A stretch of DNA of 63,898 nucleotides, counting the filler, from Octopus bimaculoides (Eukaryota): NCBI RefSeq assembly GCF_001194135.2. It is 11 parts of 10 records of this genome, joined end to end, with 100 filler letters (N's around TTAATTAATTAA, not from the genome) between each part and the next. Parts side by side here need not be neighbours in the genome. Positions count along the whole stretch, not along the records: positions 36,134 to 53,900 come from NC_068981.1; positions 54,001 to 60,902 come from NW_026300950.1; positions 61,003 to 62,754 come from NC_068984.1; 8 more parts are not named here. The stretch is one strand, 5' to 3'. The notes under the pieces were generated by a model that was not told where the DNA came from, did no database searches, and saw only the letters and a program-made list of their open reading frames with translations. Position numbers and translations under genes: made by a program. Each line of letters begins with the position of its first letter. Position 1 is the first letter of the stretch. Of this stretch, positions 50,801-62,754 are shown one piece after another.

Positions 50801-53800
50801 TAGTTCCAGTTAGAATATAAATTAGATTTCAACTACCATTATTAATGAACTGATGAGTATCTGTCGCTGCTCAGTATTCATCTTTGAGCAGATCATTGAG
50901 TGTGTGAGTTTCCATAATTGATGCCAATGATGTGAGTTGGTGCAGGAGACGAAATACCACTCAAAACAAAATAACTGGACGCATGAAAAAGCTTCGTGAC
51001 GAAAGAATTTCTTTCAAACTTCCACCGTGGCTATCAAAGGCGCCAGATGCCAATTTATAAAACTCTATTTGCTGTATGTTTTCTTAAAGGCTATCCTCAG
51101 TTGAGAATTATTCTTTTGATAGACAGTAGCAATTTATTTACCTCGACAACATGGGTTCATTCCACATATTCGGCCGAACATTCTCCGTTCGAACTATATT
51201 TCTTTTAAAGATATAAAAAAAATAAAAGTTATCAGTTAGAAATGGCTAGATGCCAAGATATCATAATTCTTCCGCCAAAAGTTCAGAATTGTGTATTCTT
51301 TAACTGGAATTATATTCGTTTCGATTTCCTTGATATCACATTCATCTTGTTTGGTCTATTTTGAGTTTTTGTACACTTATTGCCTGTTTTCAATTAAATT
51401 AATGCGTTCTTCAAAAATGCTGTAAATAACTAAGAAAAAACAAATTTCCGGCCGTAGAGAGGAGAGAAGTGGGATTGTGTTAGGTTCAAATAGTTTTTAG
51501 TTTCCTCATCTTAATAAAGATGTGATTGAAAAAAAGGTGATTGAAAACGACTCATAGATGTAGTAAACCTGACATTCATCTCTATTTAATATTACTTTCG
51601 ACCTTACAAGGGAATTATTATATATTCACTAGAACACCTAGATATAAGTTAAATTTTACTCAAATCGCGAACTACCGCCTTAATTAAATAAAGCTATACC
51701 TTAGACAATGTTGTCCCTAATATAAAAATAGATGAGCAAGGATGGCAAGCTTTTGATCATACATTTGCACTACCATCGATGACCTAGGGTTGAAGATGGA
51801 CTGTCCGTATTTTGGCAATGAATTATTAATTTTTATCTTATGTTCAAAGCTAGAAAAGTGGAGAGAGAGTAGGGGAGATTATATAATGCTCATGCCATTA
51901 ACAGGTTCATTAAAGACATAAGTGAAGTGAGATAACTGTAGCTACATTTGGCTCACATGCACTATTTCATTTGTATTTATCGATAATGTAATAATGTTTT
52001 CCTTACAAGAGCCAAAGCCAAAGGTGGGTGTTATGGGTCGAAAGAAAATTGATGTTGTGAATATTATGCCTTTTCCCAAGTTACTGACAATTTCACTGAA
52101 GCATAAATTGAAACCATAACGTTAAAAGATTTCGCTAAAACATTATGTCTTTTGTTGTATATTTATGGGATATGTCCATTCCGTCAATTATTAATTACAT
52201 AGAGAATAGGGAAAGCACTAGTAATCAGTTTTCTTGGAAATTGCAAGCAAGTCTCCCATCACAATAAACGTTTTATATGGAATTGATGTGAAAGATGTAA
52301 TTTCAAAACTGTACAAGTATTTCACAACGATTTTCGAAACAAATCATGAGAAAATTATATGGGGCTGCAAAATGTTAGATGTTTCAGTTCGTAAAGAGAA
52401 GTAGCTTTACTGATCATAGAGATATGTTTTTATAATACTTCTTTTCATATATATTTTTTTTCTTTATTTGTTTGCTTTCCATGCTGTTCAATGTACGCCA
52501 GGGCTTTCTTGAAGGTTTATAGTAGCATATCACGTTCTTCATTTCGAATAAGTTGTTTGTGTCTCCCGCCATCTTTCTTTATTTCTGAAGAAAAGGACGC
52601 TGTCAATGGTTTCCATATCCGCTTTCATGCTGGAACATTGTAACAAGAGCGAGAGAGTGAGGGTGGAGAGAGGTGAGAGTACGGGAGAGAGATAGACAGA
52701 TACCCGCTCAGAGGAATCGACCAAGTATTAGAAGGACGAAAGAGGATCTTGGTGAGATTTGAAATCTGAACGCAGAGAGCTGGAACAAGTCCCACAAGGC
52801 ATTCTATCCAACGCTCTAACAGCTCTGCTAATACACCAAATTTTGTTTCATTAATTAGTTTACTTCAAGTTTTTGAAAGACAGCGAATAGCAATGTTTTG
52901 GAACGTTAGAGCAAGTAGCTCTATTGATAGGGAACATATCAGAAAACCATTCAGGCTATATATGACATTTTGCCCCCAAAGAAAAAAGAAATTACTCTTT
53001 AGATTTGAAGCTCTGTTTTCCATCACGTTTCTCTCAAAATAAAAATTGAGCGTTTAGGATTATTTCTGCGAGGTGAGCGATCAAATCAGCGATATCACAG
53101 ATGGTATTGAGATATTGTAAGATGATTTTTCTGCTGAAGTTACAATTATAATCACTATCTTACAATCAATCTATTGATAAAAGACTGCATTATTGAATGC
53201 AGCTCTGTTGGATGTCTTCTTGACAAAAATAACAGCTGGATCAAGATGAACATCTAAATGATTTCTTCCCTGAATATTGCCATTATGAAAGCAAAAGATA
53301 TAATTTGTCTTTACACTATCTTAATTAAAAGGTGGTAAGTTAATTTTTAAATATCGATAGCGTCTTATTTTAATCTGTTGCCGAACTGTAAGCGTTGAGT
53401 TGGAAATGGATGACTATTGATTGTAAGAGTATTTATTTCCTAAACACTTATGAATAGACAAAACATAGCATATAGTTCCTATATCTTTTAAAATGCATTT
53501 TTTTTTCTTTCGAACATTTTCACTGCGTGTAACAAGTGAACAGAAGCTAAATCTTCATGTATTGATTTATATTCTTTGACGTGGAGATTTGTTTTCTTTA
53601 TTCTTTATTTCTCCCCGTCTTTTTTTTTTTTTTACAAAAGAGGAATATTCCATAAAACTAATCCTAAATTATTATACTATTTTCGCTATCACTGAAGGCG
53701 AGTGAGTAGTCAAATTTTCCTCAACATTAAGACAGAATTCAGAGAAATCAAACATAAGCATTTTAACTCGTGTGCTGCTCCATTGATTCCAACGAGTACC

Positions 53801-54256
53801 TCTATAAATTTGGGGGTCTAAGTGAATGAAACACTAACATAAGGAAACCGATTTAAAAGTACATTTATCAAATGTATCTTAGAAAATCGGTTTATGCTTC
53901 NNNNNNNNNNNNNNNNNNNNNNNNNNNNNNNNNNNNNNNNNNNNTTAATTAATTAANNNNNNNNNNNNNNNNNNNNNNNNNNNNNNNNNNNNNNNNNNNN
54001 ACATGTATAAGTATTGTGAATTGCTTTGGTCTGTTTTCTTTTTCATTTCTTCAATTGTATTCTCTCTTTTGTTCAATTTTCTAATTTAATTTTGTAAAAC
54101 GGTAAACACTCTAATATAAACAAATGTCCTGATGAAGCCCTGAATAGTTATATTCTTTCCTAGTCTGAGTTTCGATCCATCTAGGGTCACCTTTGTGTTT
54201 TATCATCTTGGGGTTGATAAAATCGATGTCAGTTTTAGAAATCATTTTATTACTGT

Positions 54257-55562
54257 GATGTGGGTGAAAAACTAGAGGTAGTCGATAGCTTCCGCTATCT
54301 GGGCGACCAAGTTAGTAGTGGGGGTGGGTGCGCTGAAAGTGTAGCTGCTAGAATAAGAATAGCCTGGGCAAAGTTTAGAGAGCTCTTACCCCTGCTGGCG
54401 ACAAAGGGACTCTCACTCAGAGTAAAAGGCAGACTGTATGACGCATGCGTACGAACAACCATGCTACATGGCAGTGAAACATGGGCTGTAACTGCTGAGG
54501 ACATACGTAAGCTCGCAAGGAATGAAGCCAGTATGCTCCGTTGGATGTGTAATGTCAATGTGAATACCCGTCAGAGTGTAAGTATCTTGAGAGAAAAGCT
54601 GAACATTAGAAGCATCANNNNNNNNNNNNNNNNNNNNNNNNNNNNNNNNNNNNNNNNNNNNNNNNNNNNNNNNNNNNNNNNNNNNNNNNNNNNNNNNNNN
54701 NNNNNNNNNNNNNNNNNNNNNNNNNNNNNNNNNNNNNNNNNNNNNNNNNNNNNNNNNNNNNNNNNNNNNNNNNNNNNNNNNNNNNNNNNNNNNNNNNNNN
54801 NNNNNNNNNNNNNNNNNNNNNNNNNNNNNNNNNNNNNNNNNNNNNNNNNNNNNNNNNNNNNNNNNNNNNNNNNNNNNNNNNNNNNNNNNNNNNNNNNNNN
54901 NNNNNNNNNNNNNNNNNNNNNNNNNNNNNNNNNNNNNNNNNNNNNNNNNNNNNNNNNNNNNNNNNNNNNNNNNNNNNNNNNNNNNNNNNNNNNNNNNNNN
55001 NNNNNNNNNNNNNNNNNNNNNNNNNNNNNNNNNNNNNNNNNNNNNNNNNNNNNNNNNNNNNNNNNNNNNNNNNNNNNNNNNNNNNNNNNNNNNNNNNNNN
55101 NNNNNNNNNNNNNNNNNNNNNNNNNNNNNNNNNNNNNNNNNNNNNNNNNNNNNNNNNNNNNNNNNNNNNNNNNNNNNNNNNNNNNNNNNNNNNNNNNNNN
55201 NNNNNNNNNNNNNNNNNNNNNNNNNNNNNNNNNNNNNNNNNNNNNNNNNNNNNNNNNNNNNNNNNNNNNNNNNNNNNNNNNNNNNNNNNNNNNNNNNNNN
55301 NNNNNNNNNNNNNNNNNNNNNNNNNNNNNNNNNNNNNNNNNNNNNNNNNNNNNNNNNNNNNNNNNNNNNNNNNNNNNNNNNNNNNNNNNNNNNNCCCACT
55401 TCACTCTCTGAGTGGTTGGCGTTAGGAAGGGCATCCAGCTGTAGAAACTCTGCCAAATCAGACTGGAGCCTGGTGTTGCCATCCGGTTTCACCAGTCCTC
55501 CGTCAAATCGTCCAACCCATGCTAGCATGGAAAGCGGACGTTAAACGATGATGATGATGATG
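54257..55562 (+). mobile_element. RTE-clade LINE 3' portion with (GAT)n tail, middle in a gap
   Basis: LEVVDSFRYLGDQVSSGGGC...LSLRVKGRLYDACVRTTMLHGSETW; after the gap, a 3' UTR ending gcatggaaagcggacgttaaac(gat)n. Confidence 0.9.
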
Positions 55563-56599
55563 TGGATGGGTAAACGAAGGTCCAAGCCAATTCACATTAA
55601 AAGAACCTGCAGGAAAAGAAGGGCGAAGAAGACAGGAAGATGTTATGAAAGTTGAGCGTCGCCAAGGGGTTGACGTCGGACTGCAGCAAGCGGCGTGAGC
55701 TGACATTGTAAAAGACCGTTCCAATTCATAGCATTGAAACTTTCTATTTTATTAATCCTGGGTGGATGAATGACTGCATAATAGTAATATTCTTAGCTGA
55801 TCGTTTATATAACCTATTTCCTTGTGTCCAATTGTGAAAAATCTTCGTTTACCGAAAACGTTTGCGTGTAGGGAAATTTAAACTCAAGTTCGATAATCGT
55901 ATTATTTCGTTCTTCCAAACCCTGTCAACATGAAAACTATGAGAGAATATATATTTGCTTGGGATTTTAAGATTCATTAAAATAAATGAGGAGATAGTGT
56001 GTTTTTCCCCCCCCGTGTTGTACTGTGGTATGTTATTAATGTGGGTACGGTTAAAACCGCGAAGTAATCTCACTCGACGTGAGGTTTTACTGTTCTATTA
56101 GATGAATCAAACGAGGAAACCTCTACGAAGCTAAATCCTCCAAACTCACACTGTCATCTTAAAAACAAAAGAGAAAGTGGGGAACACCAGATAACGAAGT
56201 CCTACGTAACACTAATTAGGACGTAAGGGTCACACCAAGAATACCTCTGATCACAAGTTTGCTCTGTTAGGGCTGACTGGGATTAAACTATTGCTACCAC
56301 TAGTCAAAACTCAGAGAAATCAATAATACGGCAGTTTCCTTAGCATCGTCGAATGTGTATCGAAGTAACATTGTACAAGTCAGCTTCCCTCCCTCTCTCC
56401 AATAACAATACAACCGTGATAGAATGTTTATGTGGCAACGTATACGATTAGGAAGAGTTTTTCTTTTCTTTTTTCAAGAAAATACATTTTCCCCTTCACT
56501 TAAATATTCAGTAGCCCATTATTTATAGGTTACGAACTCAATAAAACAGTTTTCTCGAACCCAACATAATGAAAATAAATCGTATTTCTTGCAGAGGAA

Positions 56600-56700
56600 C
56601 AAAGACAAAAATGGGGTCGTCGAATAAGTGGACCCAAGATCTTGACTGGTACTTATTTTATCGAATCCAGAAGACGAAAGGCAAAGTTTGAACTCTAAAG
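56600..56700 (-). mobile_element. SINE family C fragment
   Basis: gactggtacttattttatcga...gaaaggcaaagtt core. Confidence 0.6.
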
Positions 56701-56994
56701 ATGTTGATCATCCGTCGTAAGTAGAAGAAGCCGGCATTCTCTTCGCGGCATATCACTAAATTTTATTTGTTTTCTAAATTACAGAGACTAGTTCATTGCA
56801 AATGCAAGCGATCACTTTGATTGTGCAAGAATAGTAGAAAAAAGAATGAAAATTTTAAAAGGAAGATTGGTTGTTATTAAATAGTGGTCGTTTGTATTTA
56901 GCTTTGAATGAACGTTGATTACATTTTACCAAATATACCATTAAAACATTAAAATTGGAAAAAGGCAAATAAATAAACAAAACAAGTAACTTAC

Positions 56995-57088
56995 TTTTTT
57001 GTAAAGTTGAAATCACACTTCGCACTATATCCGTCCGTCCAGATTCAACGGCCTTTCGTAAACCTTCAGTGATTTCTTTAAGAGACAT
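56995..57088 (-). CDS. Probable first coding exon of an unidentified gene (ankyrin-repeat-like N-terminus)
   Basis: ATG at 57088, MSLKEITEGLRKAVESGRTDIVRSVISTLQK, then a perfect donor A|GTAAGT (phase 1). LRKAVESGRTDIVRSV resembles the ankyrin L..A...G..DIVR.L helix pair. No signal peptide. Confidence 0.6.
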
Positions 57089-57279
57089 ATCGAGTCATAT
57101 AGAAATAAAAATTGTCCGTCTTTTAACATGAAGAACCAGAACACTGGGATCTGGAATTATGAATAAAAGGTGAATAAGAATTGAAAGGAAGCAAGAAGTA
57201 GAACTGAAAGGATAGGTGGTAGAAAGAAGAGGCCGAAAAAAAAATATAAATAAAAGTTACTGTTACGTTGTCAACAGCC

Positions 57280-57480
57280 GCCTCTTTCATATAACACCGC
57301 CCATGACGAGGCCAGAATGTAAATAAATCAACTTCCGGTTTGGCTATTTGCTTCCGCTTTCACTATTGTTTCGGTTGTTGGATCTAACCGCTACGTTTTT
57401 GTTCGGCATACTAGAAACAGTAACCAAAACCCCTTAATTTACATCCAGAAAAGTTTAGTATTTTGAGCATATAATATGGC
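57280..57480. promoter_or_regulatory. Putative housekeeping-type, possibly bidirectional promoter
   Basis: Locally CpG-richer non-repeat stretch upstream of the 57088 ATG, with CCGCCC, an ETS-like ACTTCCGG (~57331), CTTCCGC and a YY1-like ATGGCG (57476). Confidence 0.4.
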
Positions 57481-58099
57481 GTACAAAGTGACACAAACTG
57501 AATGGAAGACTATGTCAGCGTGCGTGTTTGTGCACCTTTATTCTGTGTGTATATAACCGTGTGTACGTGAGTGTGTGCTTTTGCAATGCTTTAATTTTAC
57601 TGTCAATACATTAATTTTGCAGTATTTCTTCTCTCACCTGGGTCAAATTAACGTTCCATTATTTCGGAGTCGATATAATAAGTACCAGTTGAACACTGGA
57701 AGCCATGTAATAGGCTAGCTCCCTGTCCAAAAATTTCAGTTCTTGTGCCTATAGTAGATGTATTGTTGTTATTGTGGTGGTAGTAACGGTGTCAGCAACA
57801 CATCGCTACCCTCGCACGTGCGTTTTTCATCTATTTATATCAAATGTTAATTAATGCAATTTTGTTGTTTAGCGTTTGTTGAACCAGCCAGAACATATAG
57901 CCGGATTTTTATTTATTTATCTCTCTCCTCTTTCGGGCTCAAATTTGTTACAAAAAGATTTTACAAATTGTATTTTCAAAAGGAAATTCTTTTCCTTTGC
58001 AAACTTGGCGCCGGTTTTCACAGCAGCACACTGGAAGGAGAGGTAAACGTCCCGCGAAGTCAAATGCAATAAGGGAGAAGAACGATTTTCAAACTTTGT

Positions 58100-58760
58100 T
58101 AGTTCAAAATCTAAATAATTCCACGACTGCTACAACGGGAAACAGCATTCTTAGCAGCAGCCACTACATTAACAAAACAACAAAAGCAGCAGCAATGGTA
58201 GTAAACACTGCATTCTGCACATGGAAGGAGAATAGATATTTTTGTCAATGAAAGTTCCAAACGTAGTGCGACTGCTATAAAGGCAAACAAATGTAGCAGA
58301 TATGCGCTGAGGTTGTGACGTTTCCAGCATTTCCTTGATGAGCTGATATTATAGTTGCCGTTTGTCAGACTCATTTTTCCACAGCTCGTCTCTTTGACTG
58401 AGCTATAGTCCCTAATTAAGCGTAGACCAAGGCAGAGCGCCAGGCACCTAGACTGTCGCAGGGTACTCACAAAACTTTGCCCTTTGGGCAATTGCTTGGT
58501 GGAAGTTCCACTTTGATGTTCTATGGAAGGTTAGTGGCGGGCAAAAGCGATAATGTTCTCGAAGAAACCAAAATTATCTAGCTGATCTGTTCTAGAAGAT
58601 TTTAGGACCGGGGCTCATGTATAATTTCCAGAAATCTCTGGCCTGACAGTGCTACCGGGAGTGGGGTCGGGAGAGGCATTACTGGTTTGAGTTAGATTCT
58701 ACAGGCGTGAAGTTGGGTTGAAACCTGCTGTAGCGTATGGGACAGCCCCAGCTGTCGACC
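58100..58760 (+). mobile_element. Degraded L1/Tx1-like fragments, same family as 12200-15510
   Basis: 58570-58720 aligns by eye with 14719-14840 (aaattatctagctgatctgttc...tttccagaaatc...gttagattctacaggc). Confidence 0.5.
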
Positions 58761-58779
58761 TCGCCGCCTTAATAATAAT

Positions 58780-58945
58780 AATAATAACAATCCTTTCTAC
58801 TAAAGGCACAAGGACTGAAATTTTGGGGAGGGGCTAGTCGATTACATCCTTATTGGATCACGGCGGAATTTGAACTTAGAACGTAAAGACGGACGAAATG
58901 CCACTAAGCATTTTGCTTACGATTCTTCCAGCTCGCCGCCTTAAC
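58780..58945 (-). mobile_element. SINE family C
   Basis: tcctttctactaaaggcacaagg...cggcggaatttgaactt...gctcgccgcc. Confidence 0.75.
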
Positions 58946-59487
58946 CTATTGCCTGCCATGAGCCCCATTTGGAGATCTGCTAAAAACAGTCTCTCTGCCG
59001 GTTATTCGTTGCTTTTAAAGTGAATTACTTACGTACATTGCATTTGCATCGATACACCAAAATTGAAANNNNNNNNNNNNNNNNNNNNNNNNNNNNNNNN
59101 NNNNNNNNNNNNNNNNNNNNNNNNNNNNNNNNNNNNNNNNNNNNNNNNNNNNNNNNNNNNNNNNNNNNNNNNNNNNNNNNNNNNNNNNNNNNNNNNNNNN
59201 NNNNNNNNNNNNNNNNNNNNNNNNNNNNNNNNNNNNNNNNNNNNNNNNNNNNNNNNNNNNNNNNNNNNNNNNNNNNNNNNNNNNNNNNNNNNNNNNNNNN
59301 NNNNNNNNNNNNNNNNNNNNNNNNNNNNNNNNNNNNNNNNNNNNNNNNNNNNNNNNNNNNNNNNNNNNNNNNNNNNNNNNNNNNNNNNNNNNNNNNNNNN
59401 NNNNNNNNNNNNNNNNNNNNNNNNNNNNNNNNNNNNNNNNNNNNNNNNNNNNNNNNNNNNNNNNNNNNNNNNNNNNNNNNNNNNNNC

Positions 59488-59725
59488 TCGGGGATATTCA
59501 GCGTGACAAGGCTGACCCTTTGAACCACAGGCACAACAGAAACAGGAAGTAAGAGAAAGTTGTGGTGAAAGAGTACAGCAGGGTTCACCACCATTCCCTG
59601 CCGGAGTCTCGTGGAGCTTTAGGTGTTTTCGCTCAATAAACACACACAACGACCGGTATGGGAATCGAAATCGCGATCCTATGACTGCCAGTCCGCTGCC
59701 CTAACCACTGGGCCATTGCGCCTCC
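59488..59725 (-). mobile_element. SINE family A, 5' part (3' part in gap)
   Basis: Same head and body as 24063-24437. Confidence 0.85.
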
Positions 59726-61002
59726 TATTGCAATTGAACACAAAAGAATAAATATGCTTTTTTTCAGCGATCTCCATTTGAGATTTTTCGAAAAATTTAT
59801 CATTGTTTCCAATATAATTCACATATGAAGAAAATTTTAATACTATATATTATTTTAAATCCTAAGACACTAGGCAAAGCCAAAAAAATACGAATAAAAA
59901 AAATGTGGCTGTTAATGAGTTAATAATAACAGTAATAATTGTTTTCGATGTATAGACATAAGGCCAGCAATTTTAAACTGAGAACATTAGCTCAAATCTT
60001 GCTGAGGTCCATTTCATCCCCCCAGTAATCCCAAGAATGGCTGTCCTTGACAAAAACATAAAACAAAAGAATGAAACAATTGTTATTAATCTTGGTGGTT
60101 TAGCAGAATTGTTAGGCAATCGAACAAAATATGTTCTGTTCCTTTACATTGTGTTTAAATCCTGTTGAGGTCAGGTTTGACTTTCATCCTTTCGAGGTCG
60201 GTAAAATAAAATACTTGTGAAATACTAGTTGTTGAGGGCATCGACTAACCCACTCCATTCATGTAAATTTTATGGTTACATCAGAAAACTTTATTATAGC
60301 AAATTTCCTCGCTTTCAAATATTCAGACAATTGATTTAGAATTACCTCCCTTGCAAATCGTGCAGCTTCTCCAAAGCACTTTAAATGCGCATTTCATATT
60401 TATAGCATCACGTTTTAAAGTTACTATAAAGATGTCAGATACATTCCCTGTTTTTTTTTCTTCTTGGTACTCTATCGTGATATATCAGAAAAGTGATAGT
60501 ATTTATTCAAATTTAGAAAATGATAGAAGTTGTAGCAGAATAGCGCTACAAAAAAAAAAAAAAAACCCTTGAAAGTCTACGATAAAAATATTTTTCGTGT
60601 TAATTAAAATAACATAGAATAAGATTAAAATTCATCGACATTCTCCACGCGACAACGTCAGCTAAAATCTACAGTTTCTGACCGATAATTTCATTTCTTG
60701 AGACTCGATTATGTCCCTTCCATTCTATTCACCTTCAACACCGCTTTTACACAGATGATACTAATCTTACTCTTTAACCTTCCACGTCTTATTATAAAGT
60801 AAAGAGCTTGCATCAAACCTATTCTGACTCTATACAAGAATAACAAAACAAAAAAAAAAGAATTAAATAAAAAAGAAAAAAATGATTGAAAAGAATCATT
60901 AANNNNNNNNNNNNNNNNNNNNNNNNNNNNNNNNNNNNNNNNNNNNTTAATTAATTAANNNNNNNNNNNNNNNNNNNNNNNNNNNNNNNNNNNNNNNNNN
61001 NN

Positions 61003-61330
61003 GTGAATGGAAGGAGACTCCGACAGAAACCAAGGCTGCGCTTTAAGGACTGTGTCAAGTCCTCATTAAAGGCCTGTGATATGCAGGACACTGACTGGGA
61101 GAACAATGCCTGTCATCACCACAGATGGAGGAAACAGGTTAAGGAGGGGATCAACACTTTTGAGAGAGCATGTATCCAGCATGAAGAATTTAAGTGAGCT
61201 GCGCGAAAGCGCACAGCTTGTATAGTGAATGGAGAAAGCTTGGTCTGCAATGTTTGCAGTCGTGTATGCTTGTCAAGAGCAGGACTCATTAGCCACCAAC
61301 GGAGCCATAAATGCAAAATGTAACTTGGTA
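61003..61330 (+). mobile_element. RTE-type LINE C-terminus with C2H2-like zinc finger
   Basis: GRRLRQKPRLRFKDCVKSSLK...W...A.....W...V..G, followed by CNVCSRVCLSRAGLISHQRSH. Confidence 0.8.
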
Positions 61331-61610
61331 CTAGAGCGCAGAATGTTCTTGAAGGTCGGCAATGGTGTTCCTCAGTCACGAGTGGACGGCCATTATATCT
61401 GTGTATATGTGAGTGTATTAATGCGTGTGTGTGTTCAACTTTGCACAGATGCCTGTACCTTGCTTTACGCACGAATATATGCACATACTTATCTATGCTA
61501 TGTACGCATATTTATGTATATATATACAAGTGTGTACCTGCATACACGAGTTCCTATGCATATATATGCATGTATTCATCTATACATGTGCATATGCACG
61601 TGTATCTAGT

Positions 61611-61663
<53 letters not shown>

Positions 61664-62499
61664 ATATATATATATATATACCCATATGCCTGGATGTGCA
61701 TTTGTAAGCGTGTATGTATATGTGTGTATATATATGTATCTGTGTATGTATATGTGTCTAAGCACGAACACAAAAAAAATTTCATTTCAGTATTATCTTC
61801 CTTTCAACTTCCACTTCCTTTTCTTTCTCTCAACAGTTACAACAGCTCCTGGTGAACAGTTTTTGTTCTGCAGTAATTTTGGGAGCTGTACTTTTGTGAT
61901 CCTTTCTAACAATTCACATAAGAGTAAGCTATGGTTTTCTTCCAGATTTTTGTTTCAATGAGGAGGTTTTTCCCCCTTTCCCAAAGCCTGTCATTACTTT
62001 TGAGACAGTATTTCTTGAAACACCAAACATTTGGGCTGTTTTCGTTATGCTAGTGCCTGCCATATTAGCACCAACAATTTGACCTTCAAAATCCGATAGA
62101 TTTGTCATTTTAATGAATTTTCATTAACTTTTTCTGATGATATTTCAAAAGAAACAGTAATTTTAGCAAAACCTATTAAGTGATGCTAATAATAAACCAA
62201 AAAACGAAAAATAAACAAGGTTTCAAGGGTTTTATAGCTATTTCAGAATTATGATGCCTTGATGATAGGTGGTTCCATTATTTTGTCCAACCTTGTATTT
62301 TATTCCAGGGGCCCTATTATGGATTTTTTCAACAATCTGAATATGCCATGAGGTTTCCAGACATGAGTTCTACTCACGTCACAGTTTCATCAAAATCGAT
62401 TAAACTATGTAGGAGCAGTTAGCTAACCTCACAAACACACACAGACAGAATTTCCCACATATGTAGTAGATATATATATATATATAAGCATTTAACGAA

Positions 62500-62754
62500 A
62501 TAGAAGGGGATATAGCGTCATACAACGTGGAAGACAATTGGAGATTTCTGCGGGACAACCTGTTGAAAGCCACCGACCAGATTTGTGGGTGGTGTAAGGT
62601 CCCCTCCCGACCCAGAGTAACGTGGTGGTAGAACAAGGAGGTAGACAGGGCTATTAGACAAAAGAAACAGGCTTGGAAGGACTGGAAGAACGGTGGTAGC
62701 AGGGAATTGTACCAATGTGCCAGAAGGGAGGCTAGGCGACAGGTTTATTTAGCC
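62500..62754 (+). mobile_element. RTE-clade LINE fragment (endonuclease-RT linker)
   Basis: VEDNWRFLRDNLLKATDQICGWCKVPSRPRVTWW*NKEVDRAIRQKKQAWKDWKNGG...YQCARREARR. Confidence 0.8.

Noticed and set aside
53160-53266. Minus-strand exon candidate with a GTAAGA donor
   Set aside because: All three frames contain a stop before the donor.
55560-55610. Exon 2 of the ankyrin-like gene (strong acceptor at ~55608, phase-1 frame SFNVNWLGP)
   Set aside because: The frame runs into the RTE (CAT)n tail with no credible donor; unsupported without RNA data.
40052-62160. Other CTGATGA hits (21028, 40052, 50850, 54130, 62135) as hammerheads
   Set aside because: They lack a properly spaced GAAA with a supporting stem II or III.
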